A stretch of DNA of 64,000 nt from Patescibacteria group bacterium (GTDB lineage: Bacteria > Patescibacteriota > Patescibacteriia > UBA9934 > GWF2-40-263): the NCBI GenBank assembly GCA_041661745.1, contig JBAZTR010000001.1, positions 300,306-364,305 on the forward strand, written 5' to 3'. This document shows, one piece after another, positions 28,593 through 39,810 of this stretch. Made by a program: the position numbers and the translations under genes. The notes beneath the pieces are model-generated. The model searched no databases. It worked only from the letters and a program-made list of their open reading frames with translations, and was not told where the DNA came from. Positions within the stretch are counted from its first letter, which is position 1, and the number at the start of each line of letters is the position of its first letter.

Positions 28593-29774
28593 ATGAAAAT
28601 AGTAATGATTGGACAAAAGGGTTATCCGGCACTTTCCGGCGGTATTGAAAGGCATGTGCAGGAACTCTCAGAACGTTTGGTTTTACAAGGTCACGAAGTG
28701 ATCGTGTTTTGCCGTAATTGGTATTCCAAAGACGCTGCCTATCAAGGCAAGGTAAAGCGGGTTTTTGTTCCAACAGTTCACAGCAAACATTTGGACGCCA
28801 TTGTTCACACCTTTTTATCAATCTTTGTCGCCGCTTGGATTAAGCCTGATGTTTTCCATATTCACGGCGTTGGCCCGGCTCTTTTGGCCTGGTTGCCTAA
28901 GTTACTCTGTCCTTCGGCCAAGGTCGTTGTGACTTTTCACAGCATTGATCGCCTTCAACAAAAATGGAATTTTCTCGCTCGCACTATTTTGCGTTTAGGT
29001 GAAATGGCCGCTTGCCGCTTCCCCGACAAAACCATTGTTGTTTCCAAAACCCTTTTGGAATACACTCGCGAAGTTTATGATGCTGATCCGATTTATATTC
29101 CCAACGGCGTAAATGTTCCCGAACAAAAAAATAATAAAGAATTAATCAAACCGTTCGACCTTAAGGCAAACAAATATTTTATAATGGTTTCCCGCTTGGT
29201 TGAACACAAAGGACAAAAAACCTTGATTGCCGCTTGGAAAAAAGCTCGCACCGCCGAGCCAAAACTTCTTGGTGACATGAAATTGGCGATTGTTGGCGGT
29301 GGTTCGTTTACCGACAGTTATGTAGAAGAATTAAAAGAAGCTTCAATTGGTGATGATTCGATTGTTTTAACCGGCGAACAAACCAGCGAAACCCTTCATG
29401 CTTTATTTACCAACGCTTATGCGGCCATTCATCCTTCCCGTCTTGAGGGTTTGCCAATTGCTATCCTAGAGGAAATGAGTTATGGCAAATGCGTTTTAGC
29501 TTCCGATATCCCGGAACACATGGAGATAATTCGCGATCATGGTTTGGCTTTCAAAGCCGGCGATATTGACGACTTGGCCAAAAACATAATCATGGTGGCC
29601 GAAGCCCCGGAATTGGCGGCCCATGTCGGCAGCGAATCAGCCGTCTTTGTCAAAAATAATTTTTCTTGGAACGAAATTGCCGATCGAACAGAAATGTTGT
29701 ATCGTCAAATCACTCGGACCAATAAAGAAAACGCGGTGATGGTTTGGTTGACCAAGAAAAAACCAATGTTATAA
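28593..29774 (+). CDS. glycosyltransferase family 4
   Basis: EGLPIAILEEMSYGKCVLASDIPEH motif; GT-B fold. Confidence 0.75.
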   Translation: MKIVMIGQKGYPALSGGIERHVQELSERLVLQGHEVIVFCRNWYSKDAAYQGKVKRVFVPTVHSKHLDAIVHTFLSIFVAAWIKPDVFHIHGVGPALLAWLPKLLCPSAKVVVTFHSIDRLQQKWNFLARTILRLGEMAACRFPDKTIVVSKTLLEYTREVYDADPIYIPNGVNVPEQKNNKELIKPFDLKANKYFIMVSRLVEHKGQKTLIAAWKKARTAEPKLLGDMKLAIVGGGSFTDSYVEELKEASIGDDSIVLTGEQTSETLHALFTNAYAAIHPSRLEGLPIAILEEMSYGKCVLASDIPEHMEIIRDHGLAFKAGDIDDLAKNIIMVAEAPELAAHVGSESAVFVKNNFSWNEIADRTEMLYRQITRTNKENAVMVWLTKKKPML

Positions 29775-29780
29775 AAAAAA

Positions 29781-29808
29781 GACCGTCTCGGATATCCGGG
29801 ACGGTTTT
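29781..29808. terminator. bidirectional terminator between the convergent GT4 genes
   Basis: aaaaaaaagaccgtctcggatatccgggacggtttttt: a hairpin flanked by A-run and T-run. Confidence 0.55.
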
Positions 29809-31035
29809 TTAAATTCTTCGATGCTCGGCTATGGCTGATTTGTAAATTTCCATTAATCCCTCATAATGCTTTTCCATTGTAAAATCTTTTAGAACCCGCT
29901 CGCGCCCGGCAAAACCCATCTCCCGCGCCAAACCATGATCGTGGAAAAGCCGCTCAATCGCCTCGGTTAATTCGGGGACGCTCCCGGGTTGAACCAGCAG
30001 GCCAGTCACGCGATCAACAACGGTTTCGGGTAGGCCACCAATATTCGAGGCGATGACCGGCTTGCCGGCGGCCATGGCCTCCAAAACAACCAAACCGAAG
30101 ACTTCCTGCCAAAGCGACGGCACGACCACACAACGCGCTCCACGATACAGGTTCCACAAAGCTTCACCCGAGGCAAAGCCGACAAATTCCACATTGGATA
30201 AAGGTTCGGCCGCTTGCTTTAACCGTTCTTCCTCAGGACCGGTGCCGACAAATTTAAAATTTATTTGCGGCAATTGTTTGGCCGCCCGAAGCAAAGGCCA
30301 AACGCCTTTTTCCTCAACCAAACGACCGACAAACAAAACATAACCATGATCCCAGCCAATAGCCGGGGTTATTTTTTTGGCGTCGATGCCGAACGGCAAT
30401 AAACAAATTTTCCAGGCCTCGAAACCTTTTTTTATCAATTCACCTTTAACAAAATTGGTTGAAACGATATAACGATCAATTAAATGATACAGGCCCATCC
30501 GTTCATGTAGACGATAAGTCGCGGCCGCGGCCAAACTGGCAAAAAAAGAATTTTTGTGAAAGCGGGAAAGGGCGGCCTGGATAATGCCGACCCGGCTTAA
30601 ATCTTCAACTCGATGATGCGACCAACGCATGTATTGCGGCGAAATCATGTGATAATCCTGAACAGTTATGACCGTGGGCATGCCCAGTTCGCGCAAAGTC
30701 AAAAAAATCGATGGAGAAATCTGATAATAAATTGTATGAGCGTGAAGAATATCCGGTTGTGTACGACGAATTAGTCGTGATAATTTTTCTTGAGCCTCAA
30801 AAGAAAATAACATGCGCCCAAGCGTTCGTAATCCCTGCCAATTCAATTGAACCCTTTCAGTTTCCACTTTGCTGACAAAAAATTTGCTACAAGGTGTTGG
30901 AAGATTTGAAGAATTTTGCATGGAAAACGGAATTGTTTCATGGCCGTGTTCGCGCAACAGTTGTTCCAAATCTAAAAGATAGCGCGTGGCTCCGCATCTA
31001 AGAAAATAAAATTTATTGGCGAGCACGATTTTCAT
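29809..31035 (-). CDS. glycosyltransferase family 4
   Basis: EVFGLVVLEAMAAGKPVIASNIGGLPE motif. Confidence 0.75.
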   Translation of the reverse strand: MKIVLANKFYFLRCGATRYLLDLEQLLREHGHETIPFSMQNSSNLPTPCSKFFVSKVETERVQLNWQGLRTLGRMLFSFEAQEKLSRLIRRTQPDILHAHTIYYQISPSIFLTLRELGMPTVITVQDYHMISPQYMRWSHHRVEDLSRVGIIQAALSRFHKNSFFASLAAAATYRLHERMGLYHLIDRYIVSTNFVKGELIKKGFEAWKICLLPFGIDAKKITPAIGWDHGYVLFVGRLVEEKGVWPLLRAAKQLPQINFKFVGTGPEEERLKQAAEPLSNVEFVGFASGEALWNLYRGARCVVVPSLWQEVFGLVVLEAMAAGKPVIASNIGGLPETVVDRVTGLLVQPGSVPELTEAIERLFHDHGLAREMGFAGRERVLKDFTMEKHYEGLMEIYKSAIAEHRRI

Positions 31036-32551
31036 ACGACAAAGCTACAATAAAACCACCATATAACCACAGATAAAAAGCCAACGTTCTAACCTCGAGG
31101 AAAGTGGCCAAAAAGGCATTCAGGGCCACGGCAATCATGGCCGCGGCAAAGCCAAGGGAAAGCGCCCGCAAAAATGGATCGTTTTTTGTATCGCGATACG
31201 CCATTAAAGAATAGGTGAACAAAGCCAGATACATCCAAATATAAAAAGCTAAACCAAGCGTGCCGGTTTCTCCCCATAACGAAAACCAGTTGTTATCAAT
31301 ATAGCCGTCGGTACCGTAAACCCCAAAAGGCAAACCAAGCTGTTCGTAAACATGAGTATTGTTCAGGGCGGCCACAGCCCCACCACCGTATTGCCCAGGT
31401 CCAAAACCAAACAAAGGCGCGGCCGGCACCACCGTGGTTACGGTTTGAACCATCCAGTACAACCGACCCATGCCATAATATTCTCCCCGCCATCTTTCGT
31501 AAGAAAAAGTTTCGTAGAATCTTTCGACAATAGTTTGTTGAGGTGTATCAATTAAATAGCTAACCATCAAACCAGAATAAGCTAAATACCCCACCAGGAT
31601 TGCAACAATTGATAGCGAAGCAACTAATACTTTTTTATCCTTTTTAATCCATAAAGCGATAAACAAAAAGCCGAGAAGAAAACCAAACCAAGCCGAACGA
31701 GAGTAAGTAAGAACCAAAGCAGGAAGACCAATAACAAAAGTTGTCCAGATAAATTTTTTACCAATTTCGCTTCCCTTCTTCATTTGATAAAGAATAGCCG
31801 AAGCTATAACCAAAAAGAAAGCTAAAAATGTTCCAAGACGATCGTATCGCCCAAGTGTCGCAAAAACCCGCGTCCCTGACTCCCAGGTTTGCGCCACCCC
31901 GGAAGTTAAAACCATTTCGCCGAAGGTTCTGGTTTCGGAAGGCAGAAGTAATAAATCAAGCTGTTCACCAATAATCGCTTGAACAATGCCCAGGCCAGCT
32001 TCAAACAAAACCACGGCCAACAAGGCCAGAGTTATTTTTTTGACAAAGGATCGATCCGGCCGCAAATAAATAACAACAAAAAAGATTAGAATAAAGCGAA
32101 TAATCTGTCGTAAACCCAAAATAGCAATGGACGGCTCGACAAAATTAATTATTGCCGAAGAAATCGCGACAACCAAAAATAAAACAAAAGGTAAATTTAT
32201 TGGGGTGCTTTTAATTTTTAACTTTCCGTTAATTGCCCGCCACACAACCACGGCACACAAAAGGTAAATCAAAACTTCAGAAAAATATCGAGCAAAAACA
32301 TAAATATCATCTGGAACAAATTTCAAAACAAACGGCTCAAAAGGCAAATAGACGGCAACAAAGGCTAAGGTCCAAAGTGGCCGTAAAATGGTCAAAATAA
32401 CAAAACAAACACCGATAACGATTGATAAAATCGTTAGGCCTGAATAAACGGATTGCAAAGCAATCAGTCCGGCCAACAGAAAAAAAAGTCCGGCCGCATA
32501 CCAAGCGGTATTTTCTTCGGCGTTTTTGTATATCCCCCTAAAGTCTGGCAT
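31013..32551 (-). CDS. O-antigen ligase/polymerase-like (Wzy_C) polytopic membrane protein
   Basis: 512 aa, more than 10 TM helices, with a periplasmic loop carrying RSAWFGFLLGFLF, the typical Wzy_C region. Confidence 0.55.
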   Translation of the reverse strand: MPDFRGIYKNAEENTAWYAAGLFFLLAGLIALQSVYSGLTILSIVIGVCFVILTILRPLWTLAFVAVYLPFEPFVLKFVPDDIYVFARYFSEVLIYLLCAVVVWRAINGKLKIKSTPINLPFVLFLVVAISSAIINFVEPSIAILGLRQIIRFILIFFVVIYLRPDRSFVKKITLALLAVVLFEAGLGIVQAIIGEQLDLLLLPSETRTFGEMVLTSGVAQTWESGTRVFATLGRYDRLGTFLAFFLVIASAILYQMKKGSEIGKKFIWTTFVIGLPALVLTYSRSAWFGFLLGFLFIALWIKKDKKVLVASLSIVAILVGYLAYSGLMVSYLIDTPQQTIVERFYETFSYERWRGEYYGMGRLYWMVQTVTTVVPAAPLFGFGPGQYGGGAVAALNNTHVYEQLGLPFGVYGTDGYIDNNWFSLWGETGTLGLAFYIWMYLALFTYSLMAYRDTKNDPFLRALSLGFAAAMIAVALNAFLATFLEVRTLAFYLWLYGGFIVALSYENRARQ

Positions 32552-32589
32552 GTGGTTATTTTATCACATTTTATTTGCTAGATGAAGAG

Positions 32590-32640
32590 AAATAAAAAAG
32601 ACGCGCGTTCCACCAGGTGTGTCCTAGTAGTCGCGCGTCG
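32590..32640 (-). terminator. intrinsic terminator of the first island-2 lipoprotein gene
   Basis: Minus-strand read: stem gacgcgcg/cgcgcgtc followed by UUUUUU. Confidence 0.45.
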
Positions 32641-32668
32641 GAAGTGGCCGACCTGCCTTCAGGCCGGT

Positions 32669-34258
<1,590 letters not shown>

Positions 34259-34467
34259 TGGGGTGAAGGATCTATATCAACCTGTTTTTAACTCTTTTAA
34301 GCTAAAAAGGATCAAAAACAGATTGAAATTTTCAACGCCATATTTCAACATTTTTTAAAGCTTTTGTCAATATCTAGTGAGGATATTTTAACAAAAACAA
34401 TAGACCTCCGATCGCGTCCCACCCAGAGGGGGTAGAACACGTCGGAGGTCTGAGGCTCCCCTGCTAG

Positions 34468-35559
34468 CTAGAGGCTGCAGAGGAGGTCGTAGCCGCCCAC
34501 TCCGTTCGAGAGGGGGTAGCAATCGGAAGTGGCGGTGGCGCCGATGGTCAGCGCGACGCCGTTGAGGGCGATGCCGGTGATGTGGACGACGGGCCCGTAT
34601 TCCACGAGCCAGCCGCCCGACCTGACGCCGTTCAGCTGTACGTTCGTGGCGCTGGCCGCGAGACCGGTGGCGAAGGTCGAGGAGGTCCCGGCCGCGACCG
34701 AATCGCAGCCAGATGCTCCGCCGAACCAGTGGGACCAGTCGCCGCCGGCCGCGTAGCACAGGGACCACGCACTCGAGGAGACGGTCGAGTCGACGGTGAC
34801 GACCAGGCCGTTGTCGACCGTGTCGTCGCAGTCGTTGTCGATGAGGTCGCCGGCGACTTCAGTCGCGCCGGGGTGAATGGTGACGTCGGTGTCGTCGCAG
34901 TCGCGGCCCGAGGCGGCACCGCAATCGACGCCGTACCCGTCGCCGTCTTCGTCTACTTCGGCGCCGGCGAAGCAGACGCCGGAGTCGCAGTAGTACGTGT
35001 AGCACGCGTCTGCCGGGCAGTCCGCGTCCGTCACGCACTCGGGCTCGACATCCGTGTCGGTGTCCGTGTCGGTATCGGTGTCGCTGTCGGAATCCGTATC
35101 GGCATCGGAATCGGAATCGGTATCGGTGTCCGAGTCCGTATCCGCGTCGGTGTCGCTGTCCGTGTCGGCGTCGGTATCGGAATCGGTGTCGCTGTCGGCA
35201 TCCGTATCCGCATCCGTGTCCGAGTCGCTGTCGGCGTCCGTGTCGGTGTCGGACTCTCCGGTATCGCCGGTGTCCCCGACGCCGGTGTCACCGGTGTCCG
35301 TATCGGTGTCGGAATCGGTATCGCTGTCGGCGTCCGAATCCGAGTCGGCGTCGGTATCCGTGTCGGCTTCGCCGGTGTCGGCCGTGTCGGTCTTGCCGGT
35401 GTCGCTGGTATCACCAGTGTCGGTGTCCTCGGTACCGGTGTCGTCGACAATCTCGACGCCGGTGTCCTGCTGACCACCACTCACCACCGACGGGGCATAG
35501 CAGCCCCAGAGGGTGAAGGAAGCGGCGAAGGCGAGGACGAGGGTCAGGGCGCGGTTCAT
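34468..35559 (-). CDS. high-GC lipoprotein with a long poly-(Asp-Thr/Ser) acidic linker and a C-terminal Cys-rich domain containing one MopE-like repeat
   Basis: Start [20 protein letters not shown] (lipobox; ATG at 35557-35559, GGAG RBS). [17 protein letters not shown] low complexity, then [23 protein letters not shown] ... [14 protein letters not shown]. Confidence 0.65.
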   Translation of the reverse strand: MNRALTLVLAFAASFTLWGCYAPSVVSGGQQDTGVEIVDDTGTEDTDTGDTSDTGKTDTADTGEADTDTDADSDSDADSDTDSDTDTDTGDTGVGDTGDTGESDTDTDADSDSDTDADTDADSDTDSDTDADTDSDTDADTDSDTDTDSDSDADTDSDSDTDTDTDTDTDVEPECVTDADCPADACYTYYCDSGVCFAGAEVDEDGDGYGVDCGAASGRDCDDTDVTIHPGATEVAGDLIDNDCDDTVDNGLVVTVDSTVSSSAWSLCYAAGGDWSHWFGGASGCDSVAAGTSSTFATGLAASATNVQLNGVRSGGWLVEYGPVVHITGIALNGVALTIGATATSDCYPLSNGVGGYDLLCSL

Positions 35560-35754
35560 GGGAGTCTCCGGGTTGACTGGGTGCTGCCTCAGTTTTTTCC
35601 CTAAAACCAATACGGCTTGTTGGGATTGGGCAGCGTCTGAAAGGGCTTTGTTCAGGGTCTTTTAAGACCTTAAACAAGCATTAAATAATACCACAAAAAA
35701 GGCCTTTTGTCAACCGTGATAGGGGGCCTTTTGGTGGGGGCTTTTTGATAAATT

Positions 35755-35805
35755 TAGGCGGCGTTCGGGCATTAAAGGGCTTTAAAGGGCGTTAAGGCAA
35801 GGAAA
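35755..35805. repeat. 'gggcgttaagg' short-tandem-repeat element, copy inside island 2
   Basis: taggcggcgttcgggcattaaagggctttaaagggcgttaaggcaaggaaatattt. Related copies at 11215-11262 (reverse complement), 38536-38640 and 39035-39110. Confidence 0.55.
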
Positions 35806-35895
35806 TATTTAAAAAAAATACGACCCCCGGACCACTCGCTTCGCCTTGGGAGGCAAAGAAGTGGTACAGGGGCCGAAGCCCGCAGGATGAAGTCC

Positions 35896-36666
35896 TTACG
35901 GGAGGATGTCGAGGACCTGGGCCTCGCACCCGTCGACGACGCCGGTGGTCTTGTGGTAGATGCTGATGACGGGGTCGCTCGACGACCCGTCCTCGCACTC
36001 GACCACGACCTGGTGCGTGCCGACCAACTGGTCGTCCGCCTCGTCCTCCGTGGTGCTCTCGCACCCGTAGCGGACGAAGTAGGGCTCGGACTCGAACTGG
36101 TACGTCACGTTGTACCGGAGGTCCGAGGAGGCCGACAGGTAGGCCTGGAACTCGACGGAGATGCCGACCTCGTACTCCACCGACCAGATCTCGTCCCAGC
36201 CGGTGTAGTTGTCGTCGACCTCCATCGAGAGGGTGAGGATGTCGGCCGCCTCGCTGCCGGGGACGGTCCAGTCGACGTTGATCGTGCAGAGCACCTCTTC
36301 GTCGCAGCCCTCGTCGGTGTCGCCGTCGCAGTCGTCGTCGATGTCGTTGCAGACCTCCTCGGCGTCGGGGTTGACCTCGGCCTTGGTGTCGTCGCAGTCG
36401 GTGTCGTCCGCGACGTAGCCGTCGGGGACGGTGGTGGCCTCGACCTTGAGGTTGGGGTCGCCGAAGCCGTCGCCGTCGAGGTCGCGGTACCAGGTGGTGT
36501 CCGCGCCGGTGTCGGTGTCGGCGTCGGTGTCCGAGTCGGAGTCGGTGTCGGCGTCCGTGTCGGTGTCGCAGTCGGTGTCCTCGGTGTCGGGGCCGTCCAC
36601 CTTGGAGGTGGGGTAGGCGCAGGCGTTGACGAGGGCGAGGAACGCGAGGGAGAACAGGTAGCGCAT
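35896..36666 (-). CDS. high-GC lipoprotein with a DT-repeat linker, one MopE-type repeat and a C-terminal beta-rich domain
   Basis: Start MRYLFSLAFLALVNAC (lipobox; ATG at 36664-36666, GGAGA RBS), then [19 protein letters not shown], then YRDLDGDGFGDPN...CDDTKAEVNPDAEEVCNDIDDDCDGDTDEG. Confidence 0.65.
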   Translation of the reverse strand: MRYLFSLAFLALVNACAYPTSKVDGPDTEDTDCDTDTDADTDSDSDTDADTDTGADTTWYRDLDGDGFGDPNLKVEATTVPDGYVADDTDCDDTKAEVNPDAEEVCNDIDDDCDGDTDEGCDEEVLCTINVDWTVPGSEAADILTLSMEVDDNYTGWDEIWSVEYEVGISVEFQAYLSASSDLRYNVTYQFESEPYFVRYGCESTTEDEADDQLVGTHQVVVECEDGSSSDPVISIYHKTTGVVDGCEAQVLDILP

Positions 36667-36701
36667 GGGAATCTCCACGAAAGCGGCCCGAATCGGGCCA
36701 T

Positions 36702-36709
36702 GGGGGGGG
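36702..36709. repeat. poly-G8 tract ~40 nt upstream of the lipoprotein start, preceded by a ggcccgaatcgggcc hairpin
   Basis: ccatggggggggtgtcagg. It is the same arrangement as at the neighbouring island gene. Confidence 0.5.
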
Positions 36710-36918
36710 TGTCAGGGAACGATGAGACTGGGGCTTTCCCCTGGTCTCGATGAACGGTTCACCGAGACGCTGTAGGGTTGAACCACAGTGCTCGGGGCGT
36801 ACATTCAACTAAGTTGAAGATACATCCTGAAAACTATGATTGATAGATTAAGTTGAATAATCTGGGGACGGCAGGCGTATCGCTACGCGTGCCGCCCCAG
36901 ACAGAGTTGTTGTCCCTC

Positions 36919-38298
36919 CTAGTAGGCGAAGACCAGCCCGCCCTGGACGAAGGTCATCCCCGCCCCGTCGATGTCCTGCCCGGTGGCGGACAGGACGGAC
37001 CGGACGCCCGTCCCGACCTTGAACCCGCCGGTGAGGGCGAGGCCGTTGGTCAGGAGGTAGGAGGCGTAGGCACCTCCGTGGATGCCGTAGCCCTCGACCT
37101 CGCCCTCGCGGCCGACCACGCCGGTGGAGGCGTAATAGCCGCCGACGGTCGCCCCGATGCCCAGGCGATCCCAGTCGTATCCGACCGTGGGGCCAGCCAG
37201 GAAGCGGACGCCGCGCTCGGACGGGACCCAGCCGCCGACCACCTCGACTCCGGCGTTGAGGCCGTTGTCGAAGGGGTGGCCGTGGAGGCTGGTGGAGACG
37301 GCCGGGGCGATGAAGCTGCCCGATCGGAGCTCCTGCCCGTCGGCGTCGACCACGGGGGTCTGCACGCCGGCGATGAGGGCCGCACCGACCGTGCCACCGA
37401 GATGGCTGGAGGTGTGGGTGTCGAGCTTGTCGGAGACGGCCTTGGCCTCGGCCTTGGCGCCGTCGGCCGCGGACTTGGCCTCGCCGATCTCCGCGTCCTG
37501 CTCACGCTCGATCCGGACGAGCTCGGCGCGGAACTGATCCTCTTCCGACTTGTGGGCCGCGACGGCTGCGTCCCGCTCGGTGCGGTACTGCAGCCAGGCC
37601 GCGCCGTCGGCGTCGCCGTTGGCTTCGATGGCACGCTGCAACTCGGCGTCACGGGCGGTGAAGCCGGTGTGCGCCTCGGTGTCCGCTTCCGTGTGGGTCT
37701 GGAGCGCGGCGGCGTTGTCGGCCGCGGCCTTGCGGGCGCGGGCGTCGTAGCCGCCGGACCCCGCGCCGCCGTGGATGGCGTCACAGGTTCCTTCCCACTT
37801 GTGGGTCTGGTCGTTGCGGTAGATCCGCCAGACGAACCCGACCCCGAACTGGGAATCGGCGGCGCTTTCCTTCTCCGTGCAGTTGCAGACGCCGCGGTAG
37901 ACGATCCAGGTGTGGCCGAGACCTTCGCAGGCCTCGATCTGGTCGCGCGCCTTGACGAACACGGGGGACGCCGGGTCGGCCTGGGCGGGCATGAGCCCGA
38001 TGGTCCAGGCGGCCTTGTCGGCCGAGGTCGGGGTGGGGACGGTGGGCGCGACAGGGGAGACGAACTTGTTGGTGTCGTCCGGCTCCATGCCAGCGCACTC
38101 GGCGAACGACTTCATCCCGCTGGGGCGGGCGACGGCGTTCACGGCACTCGACTCGAGGCAGTAGCCGTCGGCGTCCTTGTCCTGGTACCACCATCCCTGG
38201 TGGGGGTTGGCGGGCGGGGGGACGGGCGTGCCGGTGGCGGCGGTGGCGACGAACGGGAACACGATGGCCGCGATTGCGGCGAAGACGATGGACCGCAT
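36919..38298 (-). CDS. high-GC secreted protein: Cys-containing N-domain, central coiled coil, Gly-rich C-terminal beta-rich domain ending ...GGLVFAY (outer-membrane-barrel-like)
   Basis: Signal peptide MRSIVFAAIAAIVFPFVATAATG with AGGAGG RBS 7 nt upstream. The C-terminal ~140 aa alternates Gly/aromatic residues and ends in an aromatic residue. Confidence 0.55.
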   Translation of the reverse strand: MRSIVFAAIAAIVFPFVATAATGTPVPPPANPHQGWWYQDKDADGYCLESSAVNAVARPSGMKSFAECAGMEPDDTNKFVSPVAPTVPTPTSADKAAWTIGLMPAQADPASPVFVKARDQIEACEGLGHTWIVYRGVCNCTEKESAADSQFGVGFVWRIYRNDQTHKWEGTCDAIHGGAGSGGYDARARKAAADNAAALQTHTEADTEAHTGFTARDAELQRAIEANGDADGAAWLQYRTERDAAVAAHKSEEDQFRAELVRIEREQDAEIGEAKSAADGAKAEAKAVSDKLDTHTSSHLGGTVGAALIAGVQTPVVDADGQELRSGSFIAPAVSTSLHGHPFDNGLNAGVEVVGGWVPSERGVRFLAGPTVGYDWDRLGIGATVGGYYASTGVVGREGEVEGYGIHGGAYASYLLTNGLALTGGFKVGTGVRSVLSATGQDIDGAGMTFVQGGLVFAY

Positions 38299-38535
38299 GG
38301 TGTGGTCCTCCTGTGGTGCTGCGGGTTGTTGTTGCCCCGGAGGGGGCTAGAAGCCACTCCGGGGCGGAATGGCAGATTTGATAGAACAACTACAGGCGCA
38401 ATAGGATCGCGCACTGGAAAGGCTTGGCATCGGCTTTCACTACGAGGAGGAGACGCAGTGAAAGGATGTCTAGCCGTTCCGGGGCACGAGTTGTTTTTTT
38501 AAGTGACGTTTGGGCTCTATAGGCTTTTTTGTCTA

Positions 38536-38640
38536 AGCGGCGTTCCACCGTCGCTCGAGGCGAGCTATGGCGGACACGGTCGGGCGTTACAGGGCTTTAA
38601 GGCCTTATAGGGCTTTAAAGGGCCTTAAGGGGGGTTTTAG
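38536..38640. repeat. 'gggcgttaagg/gggctttaaagg' repeat element at the upper boundary of island 2
   Basis: ctaagcggcgttccaccgtcgc...gggcgttacagggctttaaggccttatagggctttaaagggccttaaggggg. Confidence 0.5.
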
Positions 38641-38814
38641 GCTAATTTTTCCGCCATGTTCTGAACGACGTAATGTATCAGGTTTTGGCATTTTTGTCAA
38701 GAGTAAATGGGCTTATACCCCCTCCTTTCCACAACGAATGGGGTAACCCTCGCTATTAGGCCCCCTCCCCCAAATCAAATGAGGACACCCTCCCCCTTTG
38801 GTGGAGGGATTTAT

Positions 38815-38935
38815 TTGGCTAAAATAACAAAAAATCCGACAGGTCGGCTTGGCACTCGCGGGTCAGGACGAGGAGGAGACGTTCTGACCGCTGTTACCAA
38901 GCCGACTTGGCGGACTTTTATTTTCTTGTGAAGCC
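38815..38935 (+). ncRNA. candidate structured small RNA or terminator: a long imperfect hairpin (gtcggcttgg...ccaagccgac arms) followed by a U-tract
   Basis: aaaaaatccgacaggtcggcttggcactcgcgggtcagga...tctgaccgctgttaccaagccgacttggcggacttttattttc in a ~690-bp ORF-free stretch. Confidence 0.3.
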
Positions 38936-39034
38936 TAAGTTATCAGTTTGTTTGGTGGTCGTCAAGCGCCTTTTTTGGGTCTATTGGAGGGACTGTGGAG
39001 ACTGAGATACTGAGGGGGGTATTTAATAATAAGC

Positions 39035-39110
39035 GGCATTCGGGCGCTATGGGGCGTTAAGGTTTTAAGGCGTTACGGGGCGTTAAGGCGAGGAAGTTAT
39101 TTCTTTAATT
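39035..39110. repeat. 'gggcgttaagg' repeat element, copy
   Basis: aagcggcattcgggcgctatggggcgttaaggttttaaggcgttacggggcgttaaggcgaggaagttatttc. Confidence 0.5.
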
Positions 39111-39188
39111 CCTTAAGTTCATCAAATCTTTTTTCCGACATAAGCCTTAATGCCCGATTGCCGCTTAGACATAGAGCCCGTACACCAC

Positions 39189-39752
39189 CTAGTCAACCAC
39201 TCCCTCAGTCTCCCCAAAAACACCTTCCGCTACTTGTTCAGACGGAGCCGCAATATCATCCCGAGCTTCGCGAGTAATAATCACCCGATCGTAGGAAACA
39301 ATATCAGAATGCTCGCCAGCCCATTCCAAAACAAAATCACCATCGTCATCAGTAACCATTTCACCGGTGGAGAAAAAATCATAAGGCGCTTGGCGCACCA
39401 GCCAGCCTTCGTAAAATTCGGTTTCGCGATTTATTTCCGGTAAGGAAACTTTTATTGTGTGATACAAAATTCCTTTTTCAATACCACGTTCGGCGGCGCC
39501 AACTTCTAAATTACTAGACAAACTTTTTACCACGGTTGTTTGTTTTGCCAGAACAACAATCGGCGCGGCCACGACTTCCCCGCTCTCGGCAACAATTTCA
39601 GAAGTATTATTTTTTGCCGCGTTATTTTTTTGACTGGTCCGCAAATAAAAAAGTCCGACGCCGGAAATTATCAAAGTTAAAATTCCCATTCCAATTATTT
39701 GCAGTGGCAAACGAAAACGCGACTTGTTTTTTTGGTGGCTGTGATAATACAT
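39189..39752 (-). CDS. membrane-anchored hypothetical protein
   Basis: 187 aa with an N-terminal TM (LQIIGMGILTLIISGVGLFYL). Confidence 0.45.
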   Translation of the reverse strand: MYYHSHQKNKSRFRLPLQIIGMGILTLIISGVGLFYLRTSQKNNAAKNNTSEIVAESGEVVAAPIVVLAKQTTVVKSLSSNLEVGAAERGIEKGILYHTIKVSLPEINRETEFYEGWLVRQAPYDFFSTGEMVTDDDGDFVLEWAGEHSDIVSYDRVIITREARDDIAAPSEQVAEGVFGETEGVVD

Positions 39753-39753
39753 A

Positions 39754-39802
39754 CCCTCTCCCCATCCCTCCCCCGTATGAGGCCATACGAGGGAGGGAGA
39801 AT
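39754..39802. repeat. C-rich hairpin repeat, family 1a, copy A
   Basis: ccctctccccatccctcccccgtatgaggccatacgagggagggagaat; arms ctccctcccccgtatg/catacgagggagggag. Near-identical copies at 43975-44023 and 55436-55484. Confidence 0.7.
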
Positions 39803-39810
39803 AAAGTAAT

